A stretch of DNA of 64,000 bases from Glaucostegus cemiculus (lineage: Eukaryota): NCBI GenBank assembly GCA_976551045.1, contig CDPCPM010000026.1:7812001-7876000 (forward strand), read 5' to 3'. The translations under genes and the position numbers were made by a program. Positions 25,145 to 38,869 of the stretch are shown here, piece after piece. Numbering within the stretch: the first letter of the stretch is position 1; every line of letters starts with the position of its first letter. The notes below the pieces were generated by a model. It was given only the letters and a program-made list of their open reading frames with translations, was not told where the DNA came from and did not search any database.

Positions 25145-26005
25145 TCAGTCTTCTTCACTGGACCCTGAATCATCTGGCTGAGTTGTATTGTCACTGGTAG
25201 ATGAAGATGCTGCTTTTTCAGATGCATCATCCCCACTATTTTCATGTGAAGAACTGTGTTCTGCTCCCTCCTGATGCTCTGCAGTTTCTGTTGTAGGTTT
25301 GGACATGGCTACATCTGTATTCTTATTAGTCTGCACATCAAACATATTGGTCTGAGGGAATCCTGGGATTGGTATGTTAAGGCCTGGAGAGAGTAGAATG
25401 CCCGGATAAAGCATGCTCGACAACAACAGTGGATTCATAGCCAGAGGACTGCCGGCTGTTGCTGAGGCAGAAGCACTTGTGGTTGGTGTCAGCTTCTTAG
25501 GAGAGGATGTAGCAGAACTTGACAGAGGGAGTTCACTACATACATCCAGATTTTGTTTCTCTGTCCTTTCATTTGTCCCATCTGTTGGTTTGAGGGAGTC
25601 CATGGTGCCATTTCCCTTCTTATCCTCTGGACCAGATTCGGAGGGTTTGTTCAACAATCCTCCCATTCCAAACCCTGCCATGTTAGAAAGCATCATGGGG
25701 AACATTGAAGCCAGGGATTTCGTGTCTCCTCCTGCAGAGGGCAGGCCTGCTGGGAATCCCATTAATCCTGCTGTCAGTTGGAAAGATTGTAAGTTCTGGA
25801 GATTCTGCTGCAAGCTTTGGAGGCTGTTTAAGTCCATTCCAGCAAGGAGTCCATTGGTGACCAAAGGATTGACTGTCATCGCAGCTGCAGCTGCAGCTGC
25901 AGCTTTGGTGAGCTCGCTCTTTGGACGTCTGCCTCTTCGACTAACCTCCTCTCGGACAACAGGTCCAGTGAGGATGCGGTCAAACATATTTGCTGGTAAA
26001 AACCC
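25145..26005 (-). CDS. CHD9: CHD9 terminal coding exon (861 nt to TGA)
   Basis: Acceptor tctttccctag|GGG; GFLPANMFDRILTGPVVREEVSRRGRRPKSEL..NPLLLSSMLYPG..SSEED*. Confidence 0.96.
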   Translation of the reverse strand, partial: GFLPANMFDRILTGPVVREEVSRRGRRPKSELTKAAAAAAAAMTVNPLVTNGLLAGMDLNSLQSLQQNLQNLQSFQLTAGLMGFPAGLPSAGGDTKSLASMFPMMLSNMAGFGMGGLLNKPSESGPEDKKGNGTMDSLKPTDGTNERTEKQNLDVCSELPLSSSATSSPKKLTPTTSASASATAGSPLAMNPLLLSSMLYPGILLSPGLNIPIPGFPQTNMFDVQTNKNTDVAMSKPTTETAEHQEGAEHSSSHENSGDDASEKAASSSTSDNTTQPDDSGSSEED

Positions 26006-28210
26006 CTAGGGAAAGAAAATTGTCTGTTACTATATCAGTTTGTATGCAATATATCGTAAGCCAAGACAGAAGTATTAAACTGCCATCTGTGGATGCACGT
26101 TTTTTGCCTGCATCCTATTCTGACCAATTTTCTTCTCTCCTCCTGAAGATAAGCACTCCTTGCTGGGACATCACCTGGGTCAAAACACCATTTCTCGTTT
26201 TCATTTTCTGTGGTGGTGACTATCCATTAATTCAACCTGGGGATGTCACACAACTTTTTAAACTGGACTTAAAAAGGTTAAAGATCAGGACTGGAATCTC
26301 TCCCAACTAAATGTAGGAACATTACCCTCAAATTAGATCATTAAATTTAGCAAAGATGGTTCAGTTGTTAAGCATCTTGTAGTCAGACTTAAGATTGTTA
26401 ACCTGAGGTATTGAGGGGCAAAGGCACATTTATGGGGTTCGGTTAGACAGTAGCCATGATTTCATCCCCAGATTCTAGTAGCTAAAAGGCTGCTCTTCTT
26501 CCTAGGAAGTCCTGCTTCATGTGTCAGCTGGATTCCATATGTTTACCAACCAACGAATTTCTAATATATGGCCAAATTAAGTTTTTTTTTAATACTTTTA
26601 CTCTTTCTAGTTGAATCTTAAACATTAAATATTGATCATTGTGCTCTAGTTGCTTGCCTTGTATATGGCCTACATACCACAACTATTTCATCACTTATAA
26701 CCATTTCGCTGTACTTTTGTTTCTCAAGGTCGAATCTACCACCATGATGTGTGCTCCACACACATTTTAGGTGTATTCTTTTGACCCCTTTCACGCATTC
26801 CTTCCCAATCAATACATCGTCAACTTAACGCTATCAGATCATACTGTCATTCCTACTTATTCAGGATGTGTGTTGCTCAGCCTATAAAGGTGGATGCAGT
26901 GGATTCCATGATTGATTTATAAAAAAATACTTTTGGGCTTGAGGAAGAGAAACTTGCAGAATTCAAGAGAAAAACAAAATGTGAGGATGTGGAACTAAGT
27001 CCCAATACTCTTTCAGAGAGACAGCATAGGCATAATGGGCCAAATGGCCTCTTCCTATGATGCAAGCTTTTAGTATTCACCTCACTCATCAGACCAAATA
27101 TTTACTTTCATTTCCAGTTTACAGCTTAAGGGAATAATAATACACCCCGACACATTGTAAAATCATTGCTTCCAATACTCCCAAGTCTATTTCCCACATT
27201 TGTACATTTTAATAAAGTCATTTTTGCCTTTTACCTTCTAAACAAAAATCTTCTTTTCTTATGACTTTCTATGCCTTTTTAAAAAAAAACAACCATTTCA
27301 ATCCTTTCTGAATTACATCTGGTCTGTATGATTTTATTTTTCTGCTCTAAATTCCTCTTCGTTAATTGTTTTCGGTATGGGTCCTATCCTAACCAGTTTT
27401 TCCATCTCTATCAGCCAATTTTGGTTGTTCCATTTCTTCAATTCTCTTTTTTTTAAACAAAGGTCCTTAAAAATTTCCTCTAGATACTTAGTCAGCAAAT
27501 ACAATGTGATTCAGGTTGTAGAATCTGGATAAGTGCTAATGGGAGATGAAGAAGTGTGATCAGTAGAGAAAATGTGAGAAAGTGTGAGACGTCCATCCAA
27601 AGTCCAACAGTTAATCTATTTCCACAGCCTTTTAAAACTAGTATCCCAGTGATTTCCCTCACTTAGTTGTGACGGATGAAGGAATGAGGACAGACATCCC
27701 AGTTTCTTCATCTGGATCAAAACCTGGGCAAATGCAACCTTACCAACTTAAATACACAGTTTGAACAGTATTCAGGTTCTGGGTCAAAGAGGAGTCCTGT
27801 GCAATTTTGAATCTGTGCTGTTGAAAGTCAATGTCCTAAATATTCTTGAGTTTTATTAGGTTATTAAAAATTACTGGCGATCACTGATTATCTCTGCCAT
27901 CTAAATTATAAATTTTATCAATTTAATTCAAAGGGTAGACCATGTAAGTAGTTGTTGGATTAATTATTGTTAATTCAGATTTGTATTTAATTACACGAGA
28001 ATAATCAAAATTGAGTTTGATTTTCTAACTGAGATCACCATCTCTAAAGTGACAACTTTGATTCTCACATCCAAACTCAGGTTAAGTTATCAAAAGATAA
28101 CAATAAACATTCAAATGTTCTGGTTACACTTTTATAAAATCAACAAGATGGAAAATTATATCTGTCACATTTAATAATTAAAACTTCTCAAATTTTACTA
28201 AGTTACTTAC

Positions 28211-28315
28211 TGACTGCTTTACCACATTTGACCATTCTGGAGCAATTCCAAAATCTGGATTTTCCTGCAACCACCTCGCCAGGTCCTTAATTGGAGGAGC
28301 TAGTGAGCCACCCAT
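28211..28315 (-). CDS. CHD9: CHD9 exon (105 nt), second BRK domain C-half
   Basis: tttag|ATG..TCA|gtaagt; [35 protein letters not shown]. Confidence 0.95.
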
Positions 28316-29089
28316 CTAAACAGAATAAAATGCTTGTAAATTAGATAAATCACTGATTCCCTGTATACCAAAAAACTGCTGTGCTGTAGCTTGCAATTCT
28401 TCAATGAATGCTGGTATTCTGACAGTGGAAAGTCTGGGGCTTGTCCATTTAATTTTTGTGATTAGAAACCTTGGGCCTAACTGGTAACTATTACTGGTGA
28501 CTTGCTGTATAATCCAATTAAAAATAAACAACACTGGGTTTACTAATAAAGCCAAGAACAGAGTGGAGTCAAACAAGTCCTCTCGAAGTAATCTTCCACA
28601 CGTTAGGGATGAATTTACATTTCTCATTTTACTAATAGCTATATCCTCTTAAAGTATTGTTTTAATGGATGTAGGAAAAAGAATAGGCCATTTGAGTATG
28701 TTCTGATTTAGTTAGATCATGTGAACTGTGTGTAAAATCCATGTCCTTTTAATACCCATGATTAGCAAAAAATCTGTCATTCAAATTTAAGATTATTAAT
28801 AGAGCTGGCATCTACTGTTTTCCACAATTCTACCAGTGTTTAGATGGGTGAAGAAATATTCCAAACATTCATCAAGAATGACTTGGCACTGATGTTTAAC
28901 CTGGGAGCAGATGGTAAGCAAGAAGGGTTTAATCTATACAGCAAGTGCTTTACATCATATGGGCTAGGAGAAGCAGAAGAGATTCTTCCAAGGCCGCCAA
29001 AAACCAGCAATTTCCTCACTACTATATGACTGCACTACTTGATGACAAGTGAGCACCCTCCTCCTCTGTCTGTCTGTTTCACAGGTGTA

Positions 29090-30900
29090 GACCCTTCAGC
29101 CCAATGAGTCCATGCCAACTACAGTAACCACCCAATTAGTCCCAATTTCCTGTGTACGGCCCATATCCTTCTAAGTCTCGCCCCCTGCACCTACCTATCC
29201 AAGTGCCTCTTTAATGATACTATTGTGAAGAAACGTTCCTAACACCCATCAAGAATGCCTCAGCCACTTCCTCTGCCAGCTCATTCCATATACTCACCAC
29301 CCTCTGTGTGGGAAAAAGTTGCCCCTCGGGTCCTTTTTAAATCTTTCCCCTCTCACCCTAAACTTCTGGCCCCTAGTTTAGGGCTCCCCTACCCTGAGGA
29401 AAAGACTGTTACCATCCAACTTATCTATGCCTCTCCTATTTTAAACATTTCTAAAGGTCACCCTCATTCTCCTACATTCTAAGGAACAAAGACCTAGTTT
29501 GGCCAACCTCTCCCTATAACTCAGGCCCTCTCGTCCTGGCAACATCCTCGTAAATCTTTTCTGCACTCTTTCCAGTTTAACCGCATCTCTTTCCAGTTTA
29601 ACCACATCTCTCCTATAACAGGATGACCAAAAGTGTCCACAGTATTCCAAGTGTGGCCTCACTAACGACTTGTACAACTGCAACATAATGGCTCAACTCC
29701 TATAATCAATGCCCTGACATGACAGCCAGCATGATAAACACCTTTCTCACCACCCAGCCTACCTGTACACCACTTTCAAGGAACTATGCACTTGTACTTC
29801 TAGGTCCCTCTGTTCCATTACACTCCCTAATGCCCTACCTTTCATGGGGCAAGTCCTACACTGGTTTGACTTTCCAAAATGCATCAGCTCTCAACTACCT
29901 GTATTGAAATCCATTTGCCATCCTTCAGCCCACTTCCCTAACTTACCAAGATCCCCCTGAAATCTAAGATAATCTTCTTCACTATCAACAACATGTAATT
30001 TTGTGTCAACTGTAAACTTACTGATCAAACCTCGTGCATTCACGTCTAAATCATTCATATCAATAATGAGTTTACAAGGGTCCCAACACTGACCCCCTGC
30101 AGCACACCACTAGTCACCGGCCTCCATTCCAAGAAACAACCTTCAACTACCACCCTCTGCTTCCTAGCTCCAAGCCAATTTTGAATCCATCCAACTAGCT
30201 CTCCCTGGATTTCATGGGACCTAACCTTCCAGACTAGGCTACCATGTGGGACCTTGTCAAAGGTCTTGCTAAAGTCCAAATAGACAATACCACTGCCCTA
30301 TCCTCACCTACCTTTTTGGTTACCACTTCAAAAAAACTAAGAAGTTCATCAAGCATAACTTTCCACGGACAAAGCTATACTGACTCCTTCTAATCAGACT
30401 CTGTCTATCCCAATGCTGGTAGATCCTGTCCCTGAGAACTCCCTCCGGCAACCTCCCAATTACTGATGTAGGCTGACAGGCCTGTAGTTCCCTGGCTTGT
30501 CTTTCCTACCTTTCTAAAACAACGGAACAATATGAGCCACCTTCCAGTCTTTGGGAACTTCACCAGTGCCTAACGATGAAGCAAACATTGCCACAAGGGC
30601 CTCTGCAATTTCTTCTCCAGCCTCCCACAAAGTCTGAGGATGCGCCCAGTCAGGCCCTGGGGATTTATCCGCTTTAATGCACTGTAAGGCTGAAAATACC
30701 TCCTCCATAGTAATACAAATGTCCTCCAAAACATCTCCATGTTTCCTTATCTCTGGAGCAACACAAATTTTCACCTCAGTAAACACAGAGTTGAAATATT
30801 TGTTAAACATCCCATCCATCCCCTGCGGCTCAAAACATAGGTGGCCCTGCTGACCTCTGAGAAGACCTACTCTCTCCCTAGCTATAAAATCTCGTGGGAT
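29090..30900 (-). mobile_element. 5'-truncated CR1 LINE (RT domain and 3'UTR)
   Basis: IKADKSPGPD..EVPKDWKVAHIVPLF; MDFSKTFDKVPHG..WRPVTSGVLQG; LYKSLVRPHLEYC..LERVQKRFTRMLPG. Confidence 0.93.
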
Positions 30901-31114
30901 TTTCCTTAATCTCACCTGCCAAGAACCATCTTGTACTCTCTCTTTGCCCTCCTGATTTCCCTCTTAAAAGTATTCTTAATCTTTTTGTCAAGGGATTCAT
31001 CTTTGTCACTCCTCCACTGCCTTCAAAGGCCTCCTGCTCAAAAATGCTCATGCCTGTCAATCAGGGTGCCAAGATGTGGAATAGAAACAGGTCAGATATC
31101 TTCTGTGGTGAAAG

Positions 31115-31435
31115 TAACAATGCCTCAGGTCACTGACCTTTCACTGTGACTAGGAAAGGCTGGAAATCAAAAATATTTTAACTTGCAGAGAACAAAGAAA
31201 ATACCTATGATAGAGAGATCAAGAGAACCTGAATGACAAAAGTGATGGTGGTTGAGAGAGTGTGATGAATGTTTGTTGACCGCAGCTGATTTTGTCGAGG
31301 GCATGCAAATGGAAGGAAATAAAGGAAAACAGAAGGGAGGAACAAAAGATGCTTGATACAGAACTTGGCAGTTGCTGGAAATCTGAAATAAAACAGCATG
31401 TTGGAAATACTCATCAGATCAGGCAGCATCTATGA
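31115..31435 (-). mobile_element. Penelope-like terminal repeat fragments
   Basis: Reverse of gatgctgcctgatctgatgagtatttccaac; palindromic stem aggtca-c-tgacct near 31127-31139. Confidence 0.5.
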
Positions 31436-31869
31436 ATAAAAAAAGTTTGTTTCAGATTTTTTTCTCTTTATTTTCACTTAACAGTCTATTTGCATCTCCT
31501 TCAAATAAATAAGCTGTAACTAACAAGCCTCCACTAGAGTCTCTCAGCCAGCACAACCTACTACTTGTCAGTCTCTTAGTGTTCACCTCTTCACGACTCC
31601 CACATCTCTGCAAATTAAAATGTGCTTTTATATTGAACTTTTGTTCTCTCTCCATAGGTGCTGCCTAACCTGTTGACATTTTCAGCATCTGTCAGTTCTT
31701 TTGCTTGCCAGCACATGGGAATCTCACGTTAAGAAACACATGGTTAAATACTGCCAGACTCTCAGAAAACCCGTACTTTCAACATCAACAACTTATTGGC
31801 TCCAGACTGAAATCCAGCTTCCTTCAGAGTAAAAATCCCAGTTGTTTAATAGAGTGAAGCAAACATTAC

Positions 31870-32007
31870 CTTCTTTGCATTTCTTCGATTTATAACAGGC
31901 ACACGTTCTTCTCCAGTCAGACTTTTGACATCTATTTTGTTAGGGTTTCTGCACCGATGCCTTTTTTGCTTTGGTCGCTCGCTCACAATCTCAGGTTTGT
32001 CGATTTT
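31870..32007 (-). CDS. CHD9: CHD9 exon (138 nt), second BRK domain N-half
   Basis: ttcag|AAA..AAG|gtaat; [46 protein letters not shown]. Confidence 0.95.
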
Positions 32008-33829
32008 CTGAAGTAAATGCCAAAGGATTTAGAACCAAGAAAGTACAATTGATGGTAACATGTGCTTCACCATCAAAAGTATGAAATAAACACCAGTAAA
32101 ATGCTAAGTAATGCATATCATGTAAAATAATTATCTATTTATGATGATTACAATATTACACCTTGAAATTATTACATACTTCCCCATCATTGGTCATTTG
32201 TAATGTATAATCAACTTAATCACAACCTCCATAGTATTAGGAAACAGCATAAGAATGCAAAAATCCTTATAGTGACATTAAATAAATGTTCAAAGTATTC
32301 AGTAATCACTTTAACATCCAAGGTTGCCTGGTGGACTATATCTGTGATAATTTTAGGATACACCACAGTGCTCTTTCAGGTATTCTTCATTGGTGCAACT
32401 GGAGCAGTGCTCTCATTACCTATATCTGCCTTTTGTAAGGGATGGAGTGGGCAGAACTGTGGTTAACTCTCATCTTGTGCATGCAAAATAAATTATACAT
32501 TTGCAGCTGAGGAATGGAGAAGGCTGCTCCTGGACTCCAAGGAGAGGGGTGGGGTACTAGAACTAGGAGAAGCATCATTAGTTAAAGGATAAAATTCAGG
32601 AGAGGTGAGGAACAGAGCTTGTACACATGCAAAAATCTTTTAAGGTGACAATTAATATAACTTCATAAATGGAGGCATAGGTGCAAAAGCAAGGAAGTTG
32701 TGATGAATGTCTATCAAGCACTAGTTTGGCAATAGTTGAATCATCGTGTTCAACTGAGGTCACTGTACTTTCTCAAGGAGGCGAAAACCTTGGAGAGGGT
32801 GTAAAAGGGAATTACAACAAAGTTTCCAGAAATGAAGGAATTGTATTATGGGGAAAGCCTGAAGGAGAACAACAACAACAACTTCTTCAAAGATGACATG
32901 AGGAAAACGTATATATTCTTAAGTATAACCAAAATCTGGGATGCCTTGACTGTAATGGTGGAGGCAGACTCAATGAGCACAGAGTCATAGAGAGAAACAG
33001 CATGGAAACAGGCCCTTCAGTCCACACTGGCCAGCCCCTTTTTTTTTTAAAACACTAATCCTATTTTCTCCCCATTTGTGTTTTTCTAATAGTAAACCAG
33101 ATCAGTACTTGAAAGAAAAGAATTGCAATGCCACAGGAAAAGGGCACACTGGGTACAATACTCTTGCAGAGGGCCAGTCTACATTTGAGGGGCTGAATCA
33201 CCTATGGTTCCCTTGAGGCCGATAGTTTTGTTTTTAAATGTTTGCATCTGAGAAAATGTATTGTCAATAATTACATTTTCTCTGAAACCCAAAGCTCAGA
33301 TCTAGACCAATATTAAAATATGACACAGCAATTAAACCATCAACTTTTCCCAAGTTCAAAACCAAACAAGATAGGATTTGTGGCCTAAATTGATTGCCAC
33401 TGATGGTCAGTGAAAATCTTTGTAACTTTGATAAGAAGTGTCTCCCTAACAAAACACAGAAGTTGAAAATCTGTATTCTGTTTTGAAAATTAGACTTTGG
33501 TACCTTGTTCATATTCAAGAAATCTTCAGACAGAGCTTGCTGAGAAACTGCATTTAATAATCCCAAGGATTTGAAGATTCACCTATAAATTACTGACTTT
33601 TTGAATTGGAGTAAATTACTTATTGGGGTGTGCACTGGAGTGGGAACAGAAGGCTAGAAATATGGCCAAACCAAGGGTGACTGTGAGAGGTCAAGTAGAG
33701 GCATGTTGAAGTGTGTATGAATAGAGGGAGTGAGCACAAAGTGTGAGCATTCCCTCAAAAGCAATTAAATTAAAATGACTGCACATACACTTGTCCTTCG
33801 CTAGGGAGAATTTTTAAAGTCAGTTTGGG

Positions 33830-34180
33830 TCTGTATTCAAACACGGAAGATCCTAAGGGGTTTAACGACGTACATGTTGAGATGCTTTTACCAGTGGGAG
33901 AGTGATGACCATGGGCATGAGGAAGGGGGGCTGGTCATCTAAAACAGGTGTGTAGAATTTCTTTTCTGAGGGCAGTGAATTTCTGGGATTCTCTGCCCCA
34001 GCGGGTGGTAGAAGAAAGATTAACAGAAGTATTTAAGGCGGAAATAATTACTTGAAAGATCGTTTAACGGTTATAACGAACTGGCACAGAAGAGGAGTTG
34101 AGGGCAGCAAAGATCAGCCATGATCATATGAATGGCAGGGCAGGCGTGAGGGCCCTGGTGACCTACTCCTACGTTCTTGA
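33830..34180 (+). mobile_element. CR1 3' end fragment
   Basis: gggcagtgaatttctgggattctctgccccag..gatcagccatgatcatatgaatggcagggcaggcgtgagggcc..cctactcct. Confidence 0.7.
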
Positions 34181-34269
34181 TTATCTTGCTTTGAATGTTA
34201 AATAAAGGTAAAGATTAAATTGAATGTGGTAAAATTAGTTTATGTATTGGTATGTACACAAATACTTAC

Positions 34270-34467
34270 TGGAACGTGGGCTGACACATCTGCCACATAG
34301 TCTGGGTGGTCCTTGAGCCACTCTTCCAAATCCTTTCTTTTTGGAGCATCTTCCCCTGTGAGTCTTGTGCCATCTTTCACATTAATAACTGAGACACGAC
34401 TTTCAGCATCAAGTTGTCCATGAGATGCATTAAATGCTGTTTGTGTGTTGGTTAACTCAACATTACC
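34270..34467 (-). CDS. CHD9: CHD9 exon (198 nt), first BRK domain
   Basis: ctgcag|GGT..CCA|gtaagt; ..[47 protein letters not shown]. Confidence 0.95.
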
Positions 34468-35699
34468 CTGCAGATATAAATAAGTCTCTAGTGATTTCCA
34501 GTAGTTTCCACAACACGCTCACAGTATAATTACTGTCAGCATACTTTATAGATTGTACCTTAGAGATTAATGATGAACTGAGTATTACCAATGTATAATT
34601 TCAACATCTACAGTACCAAATGAGATATGTGGTTAATACAGAGAATGAACACGGAAAAATAGCTTGGGCACACAACTGACATTAACTTCAAAATGGACTA
34701 CTGAAGAAATATACTTTGATAGAATAAGAATGCCACATAATCCTTGCAAAAATAGTAATTAAATGGAGTAATGGATAGAGAGACACAAGTAGACACACAT
34801 CACTGGGGTAGAGACATGAATTAATACGGCCACTTAAAAAAACAAACCGGATAGTAGGTTCACCTCTACAGAAATAGAATTCAAACTGTTACAGAACCTG
34901 TGTTTTCTGACATTTGAAATGCAACAATATGGAACCAGAACTATTTGTAAGAAGCATAAAAAAGACACCAGATTTACTGGACTAAGGATGATTTACTGAA
35001 ATGGCACCAGAATGAGAGATTATAACAATACTGAATTGACCGAGGCTGTCCTGTATGGAAGGGGGTGTGGGAGGAAGGGAGGTGACCCAAGGGAGGTCTT
35101 GAAGATTTGCCAGAGGATTTAATAGGGTGAATGTAAGCAGGGCTTTTTATCTTGCAGATGAGACCAGAAGTATGGATCACAAATATAGAACAGTTAGTAT
35201 TAAACTAACAGAATGTAGTAGAGACATTGGTTAAACACACTCAGTAGTTTGAATGGGAGTTTGCTCTTGAAGGTTTATTGCGAATAACTTGGATACATTT
35301 AAAGAGATGCTGAATCAGCATAAGAGAAAGAAAGTAATAGATGGATGTGTTATTGATAGGGTGTCTGGAACTGGCAAAACAAAATGTCTTAACACTTTAG
35401 CACTTACATCAAAAACCTAAAGAGTCTCTCAAACCCTGGACGAAATGAGATGCCTAACACCCCTCAATCCATTGTATTCCCAGTCCAGGAAGACTGATAA
35501 TGTTGTACAATATTGCAAGTATCATATGATCACAAATTTACTCTCTCATTAAAACATGCCTTTTATATGCAAGTACACATTGATATCATAATATCTGGGC
35601 AAATGAAAACTTTATTCACATAAATGGTTAACTTAAAGTCTATCAATGCACATTGTTTAGAACCTAATTAAAAGAAAACTGCTCATTACACAGGAATGC

Positions 35700-37880
35700 C
35701 AGGAATTGAAATTCTGCATGCTCTGCCTCCTCAAGTTCACTGTCTTCCAAATTCTTCTTAAGAGCTCTCACTCCATATCAACTCCCAACCGATACTCCCT
35801 ATCCCTTCATCTTGAAATCTTGAATTCTAATCATCTCCATCTTGGATAAGGTCATCTCTGATTACTTCATGGTATTGCTCTCCATCCATATTCCCTTTCC
35901 CTCTCCAACTACCATGTTCTTTGATATCTGTCCCTTGAAGAAACATTTTCCTAATTCTGTTATGCCTGTACTTTCTAAATTTTAATGGCCTATTTTTTGA
36001 CCTTCCATTGCACAACGTTTTCTTGCGATGACTAATTTGCTCCACCATACCCATTTGTTTGCCTCTGTCCTATTTCCACTTCAAACTATATCTCTCTGTC
36101 CCCTTCCCTTGGTGTGACCCTCATCTCTGCTCCTTCATGTACAAGGAATGAAGGATGGACATCTGGTACAACCAGTCACCAACAGATCTGATTCAACTTT
36201 TGCCCTTGATCCCAACAAGTGCAAGGAGCTCATTGATTTCGGAGACCAATCAACCATCTCTGTTGCTCCACCCCCTACCCAACCCCCTTCCCTTCCTCTT
36301 GTCCACACATCTCAAGTTTTATTCTGCCTGTTCAAAACTTGAGGTCAGTTTTCTCTAGATTCCCCCCTGCCCATCTCTCCTTGTCCTCTTCAATTTACCT
36401 TGATCTCGAGGCGCAACTTTGTTTTCATGAATTTATTTTGACCCAACTACTGACCACTCCGCCTTCTTACCTGGTCATCATGTCAGTTCATATTATGTTC
36501 TCTGGGGTACCATTACCGTCTCTTTCAGAAGTTTCCTCGCAAAAAAAACACTTGAACCCTCCTTCCTTGTAAACTACTGTTTCATCTCTGACTTCCCATT
36601 CCTCTCCAAGGTCCTTGAACCTGTTGTAACCTCTTGAACTTCTAATTTGTTTATTATTATCACATGTACCAAGTTATGTTGACAAGGTTTTGTTTGCATG
36701 CCATCCAGAAGTACATCAAGGTAATACGAATGGGGGGAAATGACAGAATGCGGAATGCAGTGTTGCCCATCTTTCTCAGAATTCCTTGTTTAAATCCATC
36801 CAATCTGGTTTGTCTTCCTGCCTCACCACCAAAATGGCTCTTTTCAAAGTCAATAATGACATGCAAGTGGCTGTGAAATGGATGTTATGTTTCCTCGACC
36901 CATCTACAGACTTTAACATGGTTGAGCACACCATCTTCCTCCGAAGCTTATCCATCATAAACTGGGTGGAGCTGCATCCTCCTGGTTCCATTTGTACTTA
37001 ACCATATTTTGCCAAAGAGCCAACTGCAATGCCTTCTCTTCCACAATCACCAGTTCCTCCCAAGGAGGTAATCTTGGCCTTCATTTTCTTATCTGCATGC
37101 TGCCCCTAGGCAAGTTCTTGTAAATGGGCTGCATTCAGCTTGATCTCAACACCATTACTCTTGAATCCCTCCATTATTTCCAAAACATCAGTCTGCCTGC
37201 CTGACACTAAGTGACTGATGAGCAAAAATTTCCTCCAGTTTAATATGGGGCACCTCCAATTTTGGCCAGTTGTGCAACCTAAGAATTAATTCTCTCTTCT
37301 CTCCTTTTCCATTGGGTAGAAGATACAGGTGCCTGTGGGCGTGCACCACTAGACTTAAAGACAGCTTCTTCCCCACTGTGATAAGACTATTGAACAGCTC
37401 CCTTATATAAGGAGATGGTCTGTGACCTCACATTCTATCTTGTGCGGCCTTGCACCTTATTGCACTGCACTTTCTCTGTAGCTGTGACACTTTATTCTGT
37501 ACTGTTACTGTTTTTACTGTACTATTTCAATGCACTTTGTACTATGTAACTGCACCGTGTAATAAATTGACCTGTACGATCGGTTTGTAAGACAAGCTTT
37601 TCACTGTACCTCAGTACAAGTGACAATAATAAACCAATACCAATAATTTTCAGCTGCCTTGGACACAAGCTCTGGCTTTCTCTCCATAAATCCCTCTCTG
37701 CCTTTAAGTTTCTCATTCCTACTTTAAACTGGTACTTCAAACCCTAAATCTGTGACCAAGTTTTTTTCTCATCAGGCCCAATTATCTCCTTTTGGTGTCA
37801 AATGTTGTTTGATAACACTCCTATAAAGTGCCTTTGGGTGTCTTGCTACATTAAATGTGCTATTTAAATAAATGGTGTTA
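35700..37880 (+). mobile_element. Degenerate L2-type LINE with nested Rex1 3' ends
   Basis: ccattcctctccaaggtccttgaa (PFLSKVLE), SIQSG..TTKMALFKVNND..FLDPSTDFNMVEHTIFL (RT motifs); L2-like tail ctacattaaatgtgctatttaaataaat. Confidence 0.65.
37310..37645 (+). mobile_element. Rex1/Babar 3' end (young subfamily)
   Basis: caccactagacttaaagacagcttcttcccc..gtacgatcggtttgtaagacaagcttttcactgtacc..aataaaccaataccaata. Confidence 0.8.
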
Positions 37881-38869
37881 TTGTATCAAAATATATACTT
37901 AAACAAAAGCACATCAAGATAGTGGTAGTAATTTACCTTATTTGCATCTTCTTTTCTGATAATACTAAGCATCTTAATTATATATTTTATACAGTCAAAT
38001 GTTGTGCAATCCCTGACTTTCTGGCAAAGCAGAAAAATGTCCACTTAATAAATTGTAAACCCTAATAGAACAACTTAAGCAGGAGATGTTTGGTGCTTTT
38101 ATTTTCCCTCTTATTCTTTATATTTTCCAGCAGTATTTTGTACTAAGTACTGGAAGAAAATATTGAACAGGACTAGTAAATGGTTACATTTTCACTAACT
38201 GCCGTCTTACCTTTAAAATCTACAGGAAAAACAGACAAACTGCCTTTGTTAGCCAGCTGAGTAAACACTTGCAATTGGCAGACCGCACTGAAGTTGTTGC
38301 CCAGAACTTGTGACAGGAAGCCACCTGTGCAAGCAGACTTCACTTGCCACTGACCTATTAAAAAGGCTACCTCCTGCCTTGCATGATTCCCTGGGAGGAA
38401 GTTACTTAAAGAAGCTGGCCTGGTACTCAGAGGCAAGGCCAGCTTCTTTAATGAACACAGCAAGCCTATGGGGGGGGGGGGGGGGGGGGGACTGAATAAG
38501 CCCCACCTACAAAACTGAGAGCATCCTCCTTGTTGTCAGAGATGCATCAGCATTCCCACATGCTTGTGCATAACTGCTTGGCACTGAGTAAGAAATTGCT
38601 AGCAGTTGTGTGTGAAACTACCAGAATTTCTCCATGAAACCTGAACCTAAAAAAACACCAACTTCCAGATAAAAGGTGCTGGAGAAACACAAACTGGACG
38701 ACAGTCAGTTTAAGAACATGCAGGGACAATAAGCTGAAGACACTGGTTCAACAAACTACTGACCAAAATTGTATCGGCAGACAAATATAGAAAGTAAACT
38801 AAAACAATCCAGTGTGCAGAACACATATGGGTGTGATGTGGCACATCAGAGAAATGCAGAGCTAAACTA

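Noticed and set aside
25413-26009. 198-aa plus-strand ORF
   Set aside because: Antisense shadow of the CHD9 terminal exon; no independent features.
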